Shown in pieces: positions 1-8,433 of a stretch of DNA of 53,952 bases (position 1 is the first letter of the stretch; every line of letters begins with the position of its first letter). A program made the position numbers and the translations under genes. Source of the stretch: a virus (taxonomy: Duplodnaviria > Caudoviricetes); IMG/VR virus record IMGVR_UViG_3300048997_000104, positions 1 through 53,952 of that record. One strand, written 5' to 3'. The notes below the pieces were generated by a model. The model saw only the letters and a program-made list of their open reading frames with translations. It was not told where the DNA came from and did no database searches.

Positions 1-154
1 GCTGGCCGACGTATTGGCGCGTTACACACCCATCGCGGACTTGGTAGGATCAGGCCCCTACAACGTGTCCTCGGTGAATGTGAACTCGGTGTATATCTCA
101 GACGCCGAGAGTTACATTGACGCTTTCCTGAGCGTCAAGTATGTGACGCCCATT
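1..154. repeat. Terminal direct repeat, copy 1 (assembly overlap of a circular/permuted genome)
   Basis: Matches 53799-53952 except C127 vs T53925 (synonymous TTC/TTT). Confidence 0.95.
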
Positions 155-499
155 ACGCCGGTCAGCCCGCTGATCACTATGATTGCCAGCGATCTTGCCA
201 TCTTCCACCTGCTGAGTGAGAAGCTACCGACTGTCCCTGAGTTCATGGACAAGCGGTTCGCGCGGGCAAACGACATTCTGACCAAGCTCCGCGATGGCAA
301 GATGCAGCTGGTTGCCAGCGTCCAGGTGTCGTCGCACGGCGACAGCTTTGCCTGGTCCAGCACCCAGCAGTATCATCCCATCTTCTCGCCTGTCTTGCCG
401 GAGACCATGCAGCGGCCTGACAGCATTCGCGTCAGCGATGATGAGGGTGTTCGCGCCAACGACATTCCGCCGCTTGACGGAAACGAACTGATCGGCTGA
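2..499 (+). CDS. Mu gp36-like (DUF1320) head-tail connector; true start ATG is at 53785, across the junction
   Basis: Joined N-terminus MSYATLADVLARY; A..YID.FL..KY..P and 'L.KLRDGKMQL' pattern; neck position. Confidence 0.75.
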   Translation: MADVLARYTPIADLVGSGPYNVSSVNVNSVYISDAESYIDAFLSVKYVTPITPVSPLITMIASDLAIFHLLSEKLPTVPEFMDKRFARANDILTKLRDGKMQLVASVQVSSHGDSFAWSSTQQYHPIFSPVLPETMQRPDSIRVSDDEGVRANDIPPLDGNELIG

Positions 500-1008
500 T
501 GCCAGTCACCATCGATGACGATAACCTGAAGCGGTCCATCAGGGACTTGTCGGCCATCATTGGCGAGACGGCACCCATCTACCTTGAGATTGGGCGTTAC
601 CTGAAAGGGTATGTCCAGCAGACCATCGAGCGCGGCGGGCGCAGCGAGCCATGGGCTCCGCTGTCGGTCTGGACTTCCCTGCGTACGGGTCGGACCCAGC
701 CGCTCATCACCTTGGCTCAAGGGATAGACTTTGGCGCGTCTGAGAACGGCGTTGAGGTGTTCTTCCGCTCGCCGTCGCCTGCCTGGAACCTGACGCAACA
801 CCATGAGGGATACATCACCCGCGAGCGATGGGGTCGCCCGGTAATGGTCGTCCCCACCCAGGGCTTTGGCAAGATATTCTTCAGGCACGCGAAGCAGTCG
901 GTGATACCGGCAAGACCCGTCTGGCCGACAGCCGAGGAGATCACTCCTATGGTATCGCAGATGGTCGCTGATTGGATTCAAAAGGGAGCTGTCAGCACAT
1001 GGCGCTAG
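499..1008 (+). CDS. Mu gpG-like virion morphogenesis / neck protein
   Basis: WAPLS motif, C-terminal IPARP; follows gp36-like gene. Confidence 0.7.
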   Translation: MPVTIDDDNLKRSIRDLSAIIGETAPIYLEIGRYLKGYVQQTIERGGRSEPWAPLSVWTSLRTGRTQPLITLAQGIDFGASENGVEVFFRSPSPAWNLTQHHEGYITRERWGRPVMVVPTQGFGKIFFRHAKQSVIPARPVWPTAEEITPMVSQMVADWIQKGAVSTWR

Positions 1009-1448
1009 ACTACTCTGGCATCCAGCAGGCTCTGGCCGACTTGCTGACGCCTGCCACGATCCCAGGCCTGCGCAAGACGTTCATCGAGGCCATGGAGCGC
1101 GACATGCTCCTGGACAACTCGCCATTCGTCAACGTGCGGTTGGTCGAGGAAGATTGGGAGATGGTTTCTCTCCCGAATGGGTACTACAGCAAGATGCTTT
1201 TCGAGGTAGATGTCGTCGCATTTCACTTTACGAAGTACGGCGATGCGGCTACACTACGCGATCAGCTGGTTGGGGTTATCAAAGACGTGTTGCGGACTAC
1301 GGCAAATCGACGGTTCCACGCGTCCTTGTCCACGTCCATGCTTGTAGGGCGTACCAAGTTCGGGGCACTAGTTCCACCTCACGGCGGCGGGCACGTCGCT
1401 CTGGCGACATTCCAAGTGCGTTGCGAAGCAGACATCGACGCACTGTAA
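999..1448 (+). CDS. Putative tail terminator / tail completion protein
   Basis: Size and position between neck and tail tube genes; ATG at 999. Confidence 0.5.
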   Translation: MALDYSGIQQALADLLTPATIPGLRKTFIEAMERDMLLDNSPFVNVRLVEEDWEMVSLPNGYYSKMLFEVDVVAFHFTKYGDAATLRDQLVGVIKDVLRTTANRRFHASLSTSMLVGRTKFGALVPPHGGGHVALATFQVRCEADIDAL

Positions 1449-1463
1449 CCGGGAGTTCAGAGA

Positions 1464-2546
1464 ATGCCTTCAGGCAGCGGCGGTCAAATCGGCGTCACTC
1501 GCTCGGACAGCCTGTACCTCTCGGTGCAGTCGGTCAATCAGTGGACCAACTTCGTGTCGGAGTCACTGGAGCACTCCATCGGCACCTTGATCGAAGGCGC
1601 CATCACTGGCTACAAGGATGAGCCGCCAGCGTACAAGGGCACCGAGGAGGGCAAGGGCGACATCAAGCTGGAGCCCAATCCCAATGCCTTCGGCCACTTC
1701 CTGCGCGGCGTCTTTGGCCAGTCCAGCGGCACCATTCTGATCGCTGCCGGCTCCTGGGGCGTCAACAGCGGCAATGCGCTGAACATCGGGCCTGATGGCC
1801 TCGCGCGGCCTGTCGCGATGCACCGCTTCCTCCCCGTCAACTCGGGCTGGGATGACCGGACGTTCCTGCCGCCGTACACGGCCATGGTCTACAAGGACGT
1901 TGGCTCGGCGTTCTTCTTCCAGGGCACTGTGTTCACCGCCATCGACCTGAACATCCAAGCGGGCAAGTTGGTCGAAGCGACCGCCACAGTCATGGCGCGC
2001 AAGGTCGAGCGGTATGCTCGTACCACGTCCATCTCGGCGCTCAAGAACCCTGGCGGCAAGCCATGGATTTTCGACATGACGTCGGTCCAGGTCAGCAGCG
2101 GCGGCACCGGCTTCGCCAGCCTCCTGGCGGACACCCATTATGAGCAACTCCAGGTCAAGCTGGAAGTCCCCATCCAGGGCGTCCTGCTTCTGGACGGCAA
2201 TCGCCAGTATGGCGAGTTCCAGATCAACGGCTTCCGCAAGCTGACGGTCAGCGGCACCGTTTCGTTCCGCGACCAGACGCAGTATGACGCCTTCACCGCC
2301 TATCTGGCGCGGTCTATGCGCATCACGCTGTACAATACCAACTCGGACCAGATCATCGGCAACCCGAGCAGCCAGCAGCTCTTTGGGCTTGAGATCGACA
2401 TCCCTCAGCTCAAGTACCTGACATGGAGCACGCCGATCAGCGGCCCGAACCGTCTCACGACCAAGTTCACCGCCAAGGGGGAGCTGGATCAGAACTCGCT
2501 GTACATCTGCGAGATGCGCCTGATCAACACCACCTCGGCCTACTGA
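1464..2546 (+). CDS. Major tail tube protein
   Basis: 360 aa, beta-rich, 'FVSESL' and 'GFRKLTVSGTVSF'; upstream of chaperone and tape measure. Confidence 0.7.
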   Translation: MPSGSGGQIGVTRSDSLYLSVQSVNQWTNFVSESLEHSIGTLIEGAITGYKDEPPAYKGTEEGKGDIKLEPNPNAFGHFLRGVFGQSSGTILIAAGSWGVNSGNALNIGPDGLARPVAMHRFLPVNSGWDDRTFLPPYTAMVYKDVGSAFFFQGTVFTAIDLNIQAGKLVEATATVMARKVERYARTTSISALKNPGGKPWIFDMTSVQVSSGGTGFASLLADTHYEQLQVKLEVPIQGVLLLDGNRQYGEFQINGFRKLTVSGTVSFRDQTQYDAFTAYLARSMRITLYNTNSDQIIGNPSSQQLFGLEIDIPQLKYLTWSTPISGPNRLTTKFTAKGELDQNSLYICEMRLINTTSAY

Positions 2547-2555
2547 GGAGAGCAA

Positions 2556-2777
2556 ATGAGCTTCAGTTTCTCGTGTCGGTTCGCCAAGGCAACGGCCAAG
2601 CAAGAGGTTGACTTGGCCGCTCTGCCGAAGCCGATCAAGGACTATATCCAGCTGGCCATCGACCAGTATGGCGATGACGTCATCCTCGATGTCTATGTGT
2701 ACGGTCATCTGTACGATGGCACGGTCAACAACTACAACGTGTCGAGCGCGACCATCTCAGTCAAGCCCGCCGTCTAA
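2556..2777 (+). CDS. Hypothetical protein
   Basis: GAGGAG RBS, typical codon use. Confidence 0.6.
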   Translation: MSFSFSCRFAKATAKQEVDLAALPKPIKDYIQLAIDQYGDDVILDVYVYGHLYDGTVNNYNVSSATISVKPAV

Positions 2778-2888
2778 GAGATGACTGGCGCGGAGTGCTC
2801 GCCGAGCCGGGGACCACAGGAGATGCCCTGCCCTGCGCGCCAGTCACTTAATCGTCATCAACGCCGTGCATTAACAAAGGGGCACAAG

Positions 2889-3260
2889 ATGAAGTACGCA
2901 TTCTCTCGGTCGGTGAAGTTCGTTCCCACCTGGAATGAAAACGAGAAGCTGCCCGAGAAGGACCAAGTGTCTTTCATGCTGAAGCCGTTGGAGCTTGAAG
3001 ACCTGTTCCTCCTGATGGATGCCACGCAAAGCGGCGATGGCAGCCAGGCTGGCAACCTGCAGCGCGTCAAGGGCGTGGTCGTGAACGTCGGCCATCTGCT
3101 GCCCAAGTACGCAACCATGAGCGGCTTGACCGATCCCGATGGGAGCGATATCACCATCGCTGATCTGGTCGTCTATCCGACATTCCTGAACCTGGCGTCG
3201 GAAGTGCTCATGAAGCTCGCCAACATTTCCATGCCCTCGGAGGCAACCTCGGGAAACTAA
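2889..3260 (+). CDS. Tail assembly chaperone (gpG-like)
   Basis: Between tube and tape measure; ends in slippery G GGA AAC TAA; start after AAAGGGGCAC. Confidence 0.75.
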   Translation: MKYAFSRSVKFVPTWNENEKLPEKDQVSFMLKPLELEDLFLLMDATQSGDGSQAGNLQRVKGVVVNVGHLLPKYATMSGLTDPDGSDITIADLVVYPTFLNLASEVLMKLANISMPSEATSGN

Positions 3261-3520
3261 GGCAGGCAACTCGGTTTGCTGCGCATCACTCCTCGCAGCA
3301 TTTGCTCTCCGAGTTGCCGACTGAGCAAAGGTCAGCCCACTTCTACCTTGCTTGGTTCTTTCGGATTTTTCAGCCAAATGACACCGGATGGTGGCCAGTG
3401 GAGTTGCCTAATGGGCGCCCCATTGGCCGCCAAGATGCCTACTTCTGGCGCTGCCTTGAGACCATCGCATCGACCATGAATGAGATGCGGATCGAGGAAA
3501 TGGAGAAGCTGAGGAGATAG
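3251..3520 (+). CDS. Tail assembly chaperone -1 frameshift extension (gpT-like)
   Basis: X XXY YYZ heptamer GGGAAAC at 3251-3257; the -1 frame stays open to 3520. Confidence 0.75.
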   Translation, partial: GKLRQATRFAAHHSSQHLLSELPTEQRSAHFYLAWFFRIFQPNDTGWWPVELPNGRPIGRQDAYFWRCLETIASTMNEMRIEEMEKLRR

Positions 3521-3522
3521 GT

Positions 3523-6500
3523 ATGGCCGGATCATTGATTCCTTCCTCCAACGTCGGCATCACGGTCACAGTAAACAACGCGCAGGCCCAGCAAGCCTTC
3601 GCGGCGATGGCGCCTGCCATCCAGCAGCTTGAGCAGCGGATCAATAGCCTCAGCTCCGGCTTCCTGTCATTGGAGAACGTCCTCAAGGCGTTTGCCATTG
3701 GCACTCTGTTTGAGATGGGCAAGCAATTCATCGAGATGGCTGCCTCGATGGAGCGGCTGCAAACGTCGCTGGGGATTTTGGACGGCAGCACTCAGCAGGC
3801 GGCGAGTACGATCACTCAGCTTGTGAGTGTTGCCGGCAAAGCGCCGTTCTCGCTCAATGCCATCACCGACGCCTTCATGAAGATGAAGAGCGCCGGCATC
3901 GACCCGATCACCGGCGCGGACGGCAGCGGCCCGCTCCAAGACCTGATCGATGCCGTCGCGGCCTTCGGCGGCAGCGAGCAGAAGTTCCACAACGCCGCGT
4001 TCGCCATTCAGGAAATTGGCGGCAAGGGCGTGGTGCAGATGAAGGAATTGCGTCGCCAGCTGGGCGATGCGATCCCGTCTGCCATCCAGTTGATGGCCGA
4101 GGGAATGGGCATCTCCATTTCCGAATTGACGGCCCGCGTCACCAAAGGCTCTGTGAGCGCTGAGGAGGGCCTCACTGCCCTGTTCGAGCAATTCCATGCC
4201 AAGTATGCCGGCGCGGCCGATCTTCTGTCGCTCACCTTCACCGGCTCGATTGGCCGCATCAAGACAGAGATCAACAACCTCGCCCTATCGTTCAATTCAG
4301 CGGGCGGGCTTGACATATTCACAGCTGCGCTCCAGTTCATCATCGACAAGCTGAAGGAGCTGAACACCTACCTGTCAAGCAGTGACGGGCAGGCGATGCT
4401 GCACAGCTTCATCAATGCCATCGCCAGCGGCCTCGATGTTGTTGTGCCGATCATCGGCAACGTCATCACCGTCATCGAGAATATCGGCAAGGTCATCCTC
4501 GGCGTCCTTGGCGCTCTCCCACCGGCGATGGTTGCTGGCGGCGTCGTCGGCTACATGATGTTCGGCAGCGCAGGCCTTGTCATCGGCGCGCTCGTGGCGC
4601 AGTTCTCTGGCGGCATCGCCGAGCTGTCTGGCCAAATTCAAGGCTTCATCACCAGCACGCTTTCCTTCCTCCATTCCTTTGGTGGCGACTACATTCTTGA
4701 GGCCGGTTTGATCGGCTATATGCTGTTTGGCACGACCGGGCTGGTTGTGTTTGCGGCGGCAGAGCTACTTGACCAGTTGGCTGGATCGCTGGTGGCAGTG
4801 GTTGGCTACGCCGCAGCCTCGGCGGCTGCCGTGGTCATTATGGCGGTCGATGCCGCTCACTTCAAGATGACCAGCTTCGCCGACGCGCAGAAGGATGCTT
4901 TCAATAAGATCGGCGGCAAGAACAGCTTTGACCAGATGGGCGACAAGGGCCTCATCCGAGGCCTGAGTGCCGGCAACACGCCGCTCGATACGTCGCCAGC
5001 GGCGGCGGAAGGTGATGCGGCTGCGACCGCCACGCCTAAGTTGAACTCGGCAGGCGATGCCTTCAAGGCGATGATTGACAAGATCGTCAGCGCCCGCAAG
5101 CAGTATGACGATCAGTTCGGCAAGAAGCCTGACGCCTTTGGCGGCCCGACCGACGCGCAAGCCAAGCAGATCGAGAAGTTCACCGAGCTGTCCATGGCAG
5201 CCTCGGACAAGCTCGACAGCATGCAGACGAACAACAACCCGCTTGCCAAGATGGAGGATAAGGCAGGGCGCGGCTTTGATCAGATGCAGGCCATCCTCGA
5301 TGACATGACCGCGAAGCTGGAGAAGTTCGCGGCGGCAGGCGATGCCAACAAGGTTGCCGGTTACACGAAGGAAATTGCCTCACTGACGGTGCAGATGCAG
5401 GCGCTCCGCGAGACGCTTGGCCAGTTGGAGCAGACCAGCAACGACAAGATCACGACCGATGTGCAAGCCAAGGTCGCGCAGATGCGGTCGATGCTGGATG
5501 CGTCGTCCGCCAAGACCGACCAAGGCACGGTGGACTTTGCCGGCGCGGAAGCGTCCAAGAAGTTCCAGAGCAGCTACACCGAACTTGGGAAGCTGCGCCA
5601 AGAGATTGATGGATACATCGGTGATCTGGGAAAGCTGCACATCACCGAAGATGATCTGAATAAGCTGGAGAAAGACCTCAACACTACGCGTGACCGGGCC
5701 ATCGTCGTTGCCAGGGATTTGGCGCAGATCAAGCTGCAAGAGCGCGACTTAGCGATGCAGAGCCACCTTGCCGATACGGCAAGCAAGGGCAATGATCTGG
5801 AGTTTGCCAACAAATACGACAAGGCAGGTGAGGCCGTCGCCAAGGTCAACGACCAATATCGCCATATGTTTGAACAAATCAACAAGGAGATTTTGGACGC
5901 CCAGGCGGCGATGGAGCAGAACCCTGCCCAGGCCGATATGTACCAAGGCATCATCGACAGCCTCAAGGCATCGCGCGATCAGATTGCCGCGACCCAGGCT
6001 GACACCGTCAACCGCACGCTGTATGAGACCAGTCTCGTCGGCCAAGCTTGGAAGTCAGTCGGCGCAACCATCGACAGCAGCCTCTCGACTGTCCTCCAGG
6101 GTCTGGCGAACAACACGCTCAACCTCAAAGACGTCATGACGAAGATGTACGCCGACATCACCAAGGCGGCGGCGGATTACATCGTCAAGGCAGCCGAGGC
6201 GGCGATGTTTGGCAACATGGGCGGCTCTGGCTTCAATCTGTTCGGAGCGACGGGCGGCGCCAGCGGCGCCAACTCCGACAGCGCGCTTATGAGCATGGGC
6301 TCCACGTTGATGAGCTTCTTCGCCGCCAACGGCGGTGCCTTCAACGGCTCTGTCAAGATGTTTGCCAATGGCGGATTGATTGGCGGCCCGACGATGTTTG
6401 GCATCGCGGGTGAGGCCGGTAAAGAGGCAATTCTGCCGCTTGAGACGGTGGGTGGTAAGCTGGGCGTGCGCTCTGTCGGTGGCCAGTCCGGTGATACCCA

Positions 6501-6621
6501 CTTCCATATCAATGCGCTAGACGCCCCATCTGTCCGCGAGCTACTATTGCGTGAAGCGCCGACCATTGTGGCTGCTCACCAATCGCGCCAGCGGCTCAAT
6601 AGTGGAGTGGGCAGAGTATGA
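3523..6621 (+). CDS. Tape measure protein
   Basis: 1032 aa, helical, Ala-rich; 'KGVVQMKELRRQLGDAIP'; C-terminal 'FANGG..GEAGKEAILPL'. Confidence 0.92.
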   Translation: MAGSLIPSSNVGITVTVNNAQAQQAFAAMAPAIQQLEQRINSLSSGFLSLENVLKAFAIGTLFEMGKQFIEMAASMERLQTSLGILDGSTQQAASTITQLVSVAGKAPFSLNAITDAFMKMKSAGIDPITGADGSGPLQDLIDAVAAFGGSEQKFHNAAFAIQEIGGKGVVQMKELRRQLGDAIPSAIQLMAEGMGISISELTARVTKGSVSAEEGLTALFEQFHAKYAGAADLLSLTFTGSIGRIKTEINNLALSFNSAGGLDIFTAALQFIIDKLKELNTYLSSSDGQAMLHSFINAIASGLDVVVPIIGNVITVIENIGKVILGVLGALPPAMVAGGVVGYMMFGSAGLVIGALVAQFSGGIAELSGQIQGFITSTLSFLHSFGGDYILEAGLIGYMLFGTTGLVVFAAAELLDQLAGSLVAVVGYAAASAAAVVIMAVDAAHFKMTSFADAQKDAFNKIGGKNSFDQMGDKGLIRGLSAGNTPLDTSPAAAEGDAAATATPKLNSAGDAFKAMIDKIVSARKQYDDQFGKKPDAFGGPTDAQAKQIEKFTELSMAASDKLDSMQTNNNPLAKMEDKAGRGFDQMQAILDDMTAKLEKFAAAGDANKVAGYTKEIASLTVQMQALRETLGQLEQTSNDKITTDVQAKVAQMRSMLDASSAKTDQGTVDFAGAEASKKFQSSYTELGKLRQEIDGYIGDLGKLHITEDDLNKLEKDLNTTRDRAIVVARDLAQIKLQERDLAMQSHLADTASKGNDLEFANKYDKAGEAVAKVNDQYRHMFEQINKEILDAQAAMEQNPAQADMYQGIIDSLKASRDQIAATQADTVNRTLYETSLVGQAWKSVGATIDSSLSTVLQGLANNTLNLKDVMTKMYADITKAAADYIVKAAEAAMFGNMGGSGFNLFGATGGASGANSDSALMSMGSTLMSFFAANGGAFNGSVKMFANGGLIGGPTMFGIAGEAGKEAILPLETVGGKLGVRSVGGQSGDTHFHINALDAPSVRELLLREAPTIVAAHQSRQRLNSGVGRV

Positions 6622-7196
6622 CATCGCTTCCCACTTGGCCGCTGTCCCCGATGCCGGCAGACTTGCTGCGTGAGCCGATGTGGGGCGAGAACATCAACAT
6701 CTTCGATAGCGGCCAACGGCAGAACAGCTCTCCGTACGCCAAGCCGCTCTACCGATACACGCTCAACCTTACCAATCTGCCGCAGTCCAAGCAGCAGAGC
6801 CTCCACGCTTTCTGGAACAAGGTCAAGGGCCAGACGCAGCCTTGGCTGATCCAAGACCCGTATGATCTTCCCGTCAATGGTGTGATATGCGTGAGAACCG
6901 GGACAGCCCCAACCAGCTTCTTCGTGGTTACTGCGGATGGGTGGAAGGTGATCCCGGTGAGCGGGACATGTCTGATCACGAGCGCCAAATCTGGGCCTCT
7001 GACGGCTGGGTCCCATTATCTGATCGACTTCTCGACCGGCTTCATCACACCGCTGCTTTTGCCAAGCTCAGCGGATGTCTGGACGGCTTCGACGCAGTAC
7101 TACAAGAAGTGCGTGTTCAGCGCCCAATTCGGTGAGCAGTCGGTGATTTGGCAGCAGTTCTCGGGACAGATGCAGTTCACGGAGATTGCGCTTTGA
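6618..7196 (+). CDS. Distal tail protein (DUF2460 / GTA-like)
   Basis: 'SGQRQ', 'F...KGQ...W.IQDP'; directly after tape measure. Confidence 0.65.
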   Translation: MTSLPTWPLSPMPADLLREPMWGENINIFDSGQRQNSSPYAKPLYRYTLNLTNLPQSKQQSLHAFWNKVKGQTQPWLIQDPYDLPVNGVICVRTGTAPTSFFVVTADGWKVIPVSGTCLITSAKSGPLTAGSHYLIDFSTGFITPLLLPSSADVWTASTQYYKKCVFSAQFGEQSVIWQQFSGQMQFTEIAL

Positions 7197-8029
7197 GCCG
7201 AGCCGTCAACAGCCTGTACTTTGCGCGCCTCCAGCTCGATGCCATCAACATCGCTGAGCTGGTCGAGCTGACAACGCACGGCAAGACGTTCCGCTGGACG
7301 ACATGCAACCAGACGCTCGTTTCCAGCGGCAACGTCTTTGACCCGCTCCCTGGTGGCACGCAAAGCGGTCCTGACGAGGACACGTCGCTCAGCGTGTCGG
7401 CGATGCACTTCACGGTCGTGAACTCTGGTGAGATGCGCCAGTTGATCGACGGCATTGACCTGGATATGGCCAACGTTGTTATCCGCCGCGTGTACATCGA
7501 CACGCCCGACCTTGGCTCCATGGAGATGTTCCGCGGTCAGATCGGAGACTACACGTACACGCGCGACACCATCGACGGCCAGATCAGAAACGTCTTTGGC
7601 GGCGTCAATGGTAGCTTCCCTTGGCTGACCTACAAGGATACCTGCGCCTGGCAGTTCGGCAAGAAGGGCTGCGGCTTCGACACCAGCTCGATTACATTCA
7701 GTACAGCCCTAGTTGGTGCCAGCACGCCGCTAACAGTGCAGGCCACGAGCGGGACAATCACCAACAGCTTCGGCCCCGGCGCGCTGGAGCGCGGGCGGGT
7801 CACGCTTATAACTGGTGCTAACAGCGGACAGGTTCGCAGCGTGCGCGCTAATAGTGGCGATGCAATCGACCTGTCGCACGGATTGCCGTTCGCCGTCTCG
7901 TCTGGGGATCAGTTCCAGTGCTACCCTGGATGCCGGAAGCGGATGATCATTGACTGCGTTTCCAAGTACAACAACGTCCAACACTATCTCGGGTTCCCAT
8001 GGTTCCCCCGTCAAGAGCAAGTATTCTAG
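7193..8029 (+). CDS. Baseplate hub protein (DUF2163 / BR0599, GTA-like)
   Basis: C-x8-C plus C-terminal 'GDQF..YPGC......C..KYNN...YLGFP'; TTG start overlaps previous stop. Confidence 0.8.
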   Translation: MSRAVNSLYFARLQLDAINIAELVELTTHGKTFRWTTCNQTLVSSGNVFDPLPGGTQSGPDEDTSLSVSAMHFTVVNSGEMRQLIDGIDLDMANVVIRRVYIDTPDLGSMEMFRGQIGDYTYTRDTIDGQIRNVFGGVNGSFPWLTYKDTCAWQFGKKGCGFDTSSITFSTALVGASTPLTVQATSGTITNSFGPGALERGRVTLITGANSGQVRSVRANSGDAIDLSHGLPFAVSSGDQFQCYPGCRKRMIIDCVSKYNNVQHYLGFPWFPRQEQVF

Positions 8030-8433
8030 CCGAGGCCAGAGAATGGATCGGCACGCCGTATCACCACAAGGGCCGCGTCAAGCGCGTCGGCGTGGACTGC
8101 GGCGGCTTGCTGTACTGCGTGTATGGCAAGTTCTTCAATCTCAAGCCATTCCCGACCGACTACCCGGCAGACTGGGCCTGCCACAACGCGGATGACGGGA
8201 GATACCTTGACTTCATTGCTGAGTACGTCACACCGAGCAAGGTTCCCACGCCTGGAGGCGTCGCCGTGTTCAGGTGGGGTGTGGCTTACAGTCACGGCGC
8301 AATCTGTACTGAGCGAGCCACTTTCATCCATGCTTTTGGCCGCACTGCGTTTGGCACTGTCAAAGAGGACAGCATACGCGCCTTCCACGGCGTGCCAGTC
8401 AAATACTTTGACCTGAAGGTGCCCCTGCTATGA
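7999..8433 (+). CDS. NlpC/P60 tail peptidase
   Basis: 'WIGTPYHH..R...GVDCGG', 'HGAI', 'FIHA'. Confidence 0.9.
   Translation: MVPPSRASILAEAREWIGTPYHHKGRVKRVGVDCGGLLYCVYGKFFNLKPFPTDYPADWACHNADDGRYLDFIAEYVTPSKVPTPGGVAVFRWGVAYSHGAICTERATFIHAFGRTAFGTVKEDSIRAFHGVPVKYFDLKVPLL

Noticed and set aside
1563-2708. Long antisense ORFs (also 49823-50881, 50990-52156, 24081-25034, 27368-28336)
   Set aside because: Shadow frames of GC-rich coding genes; no motifs
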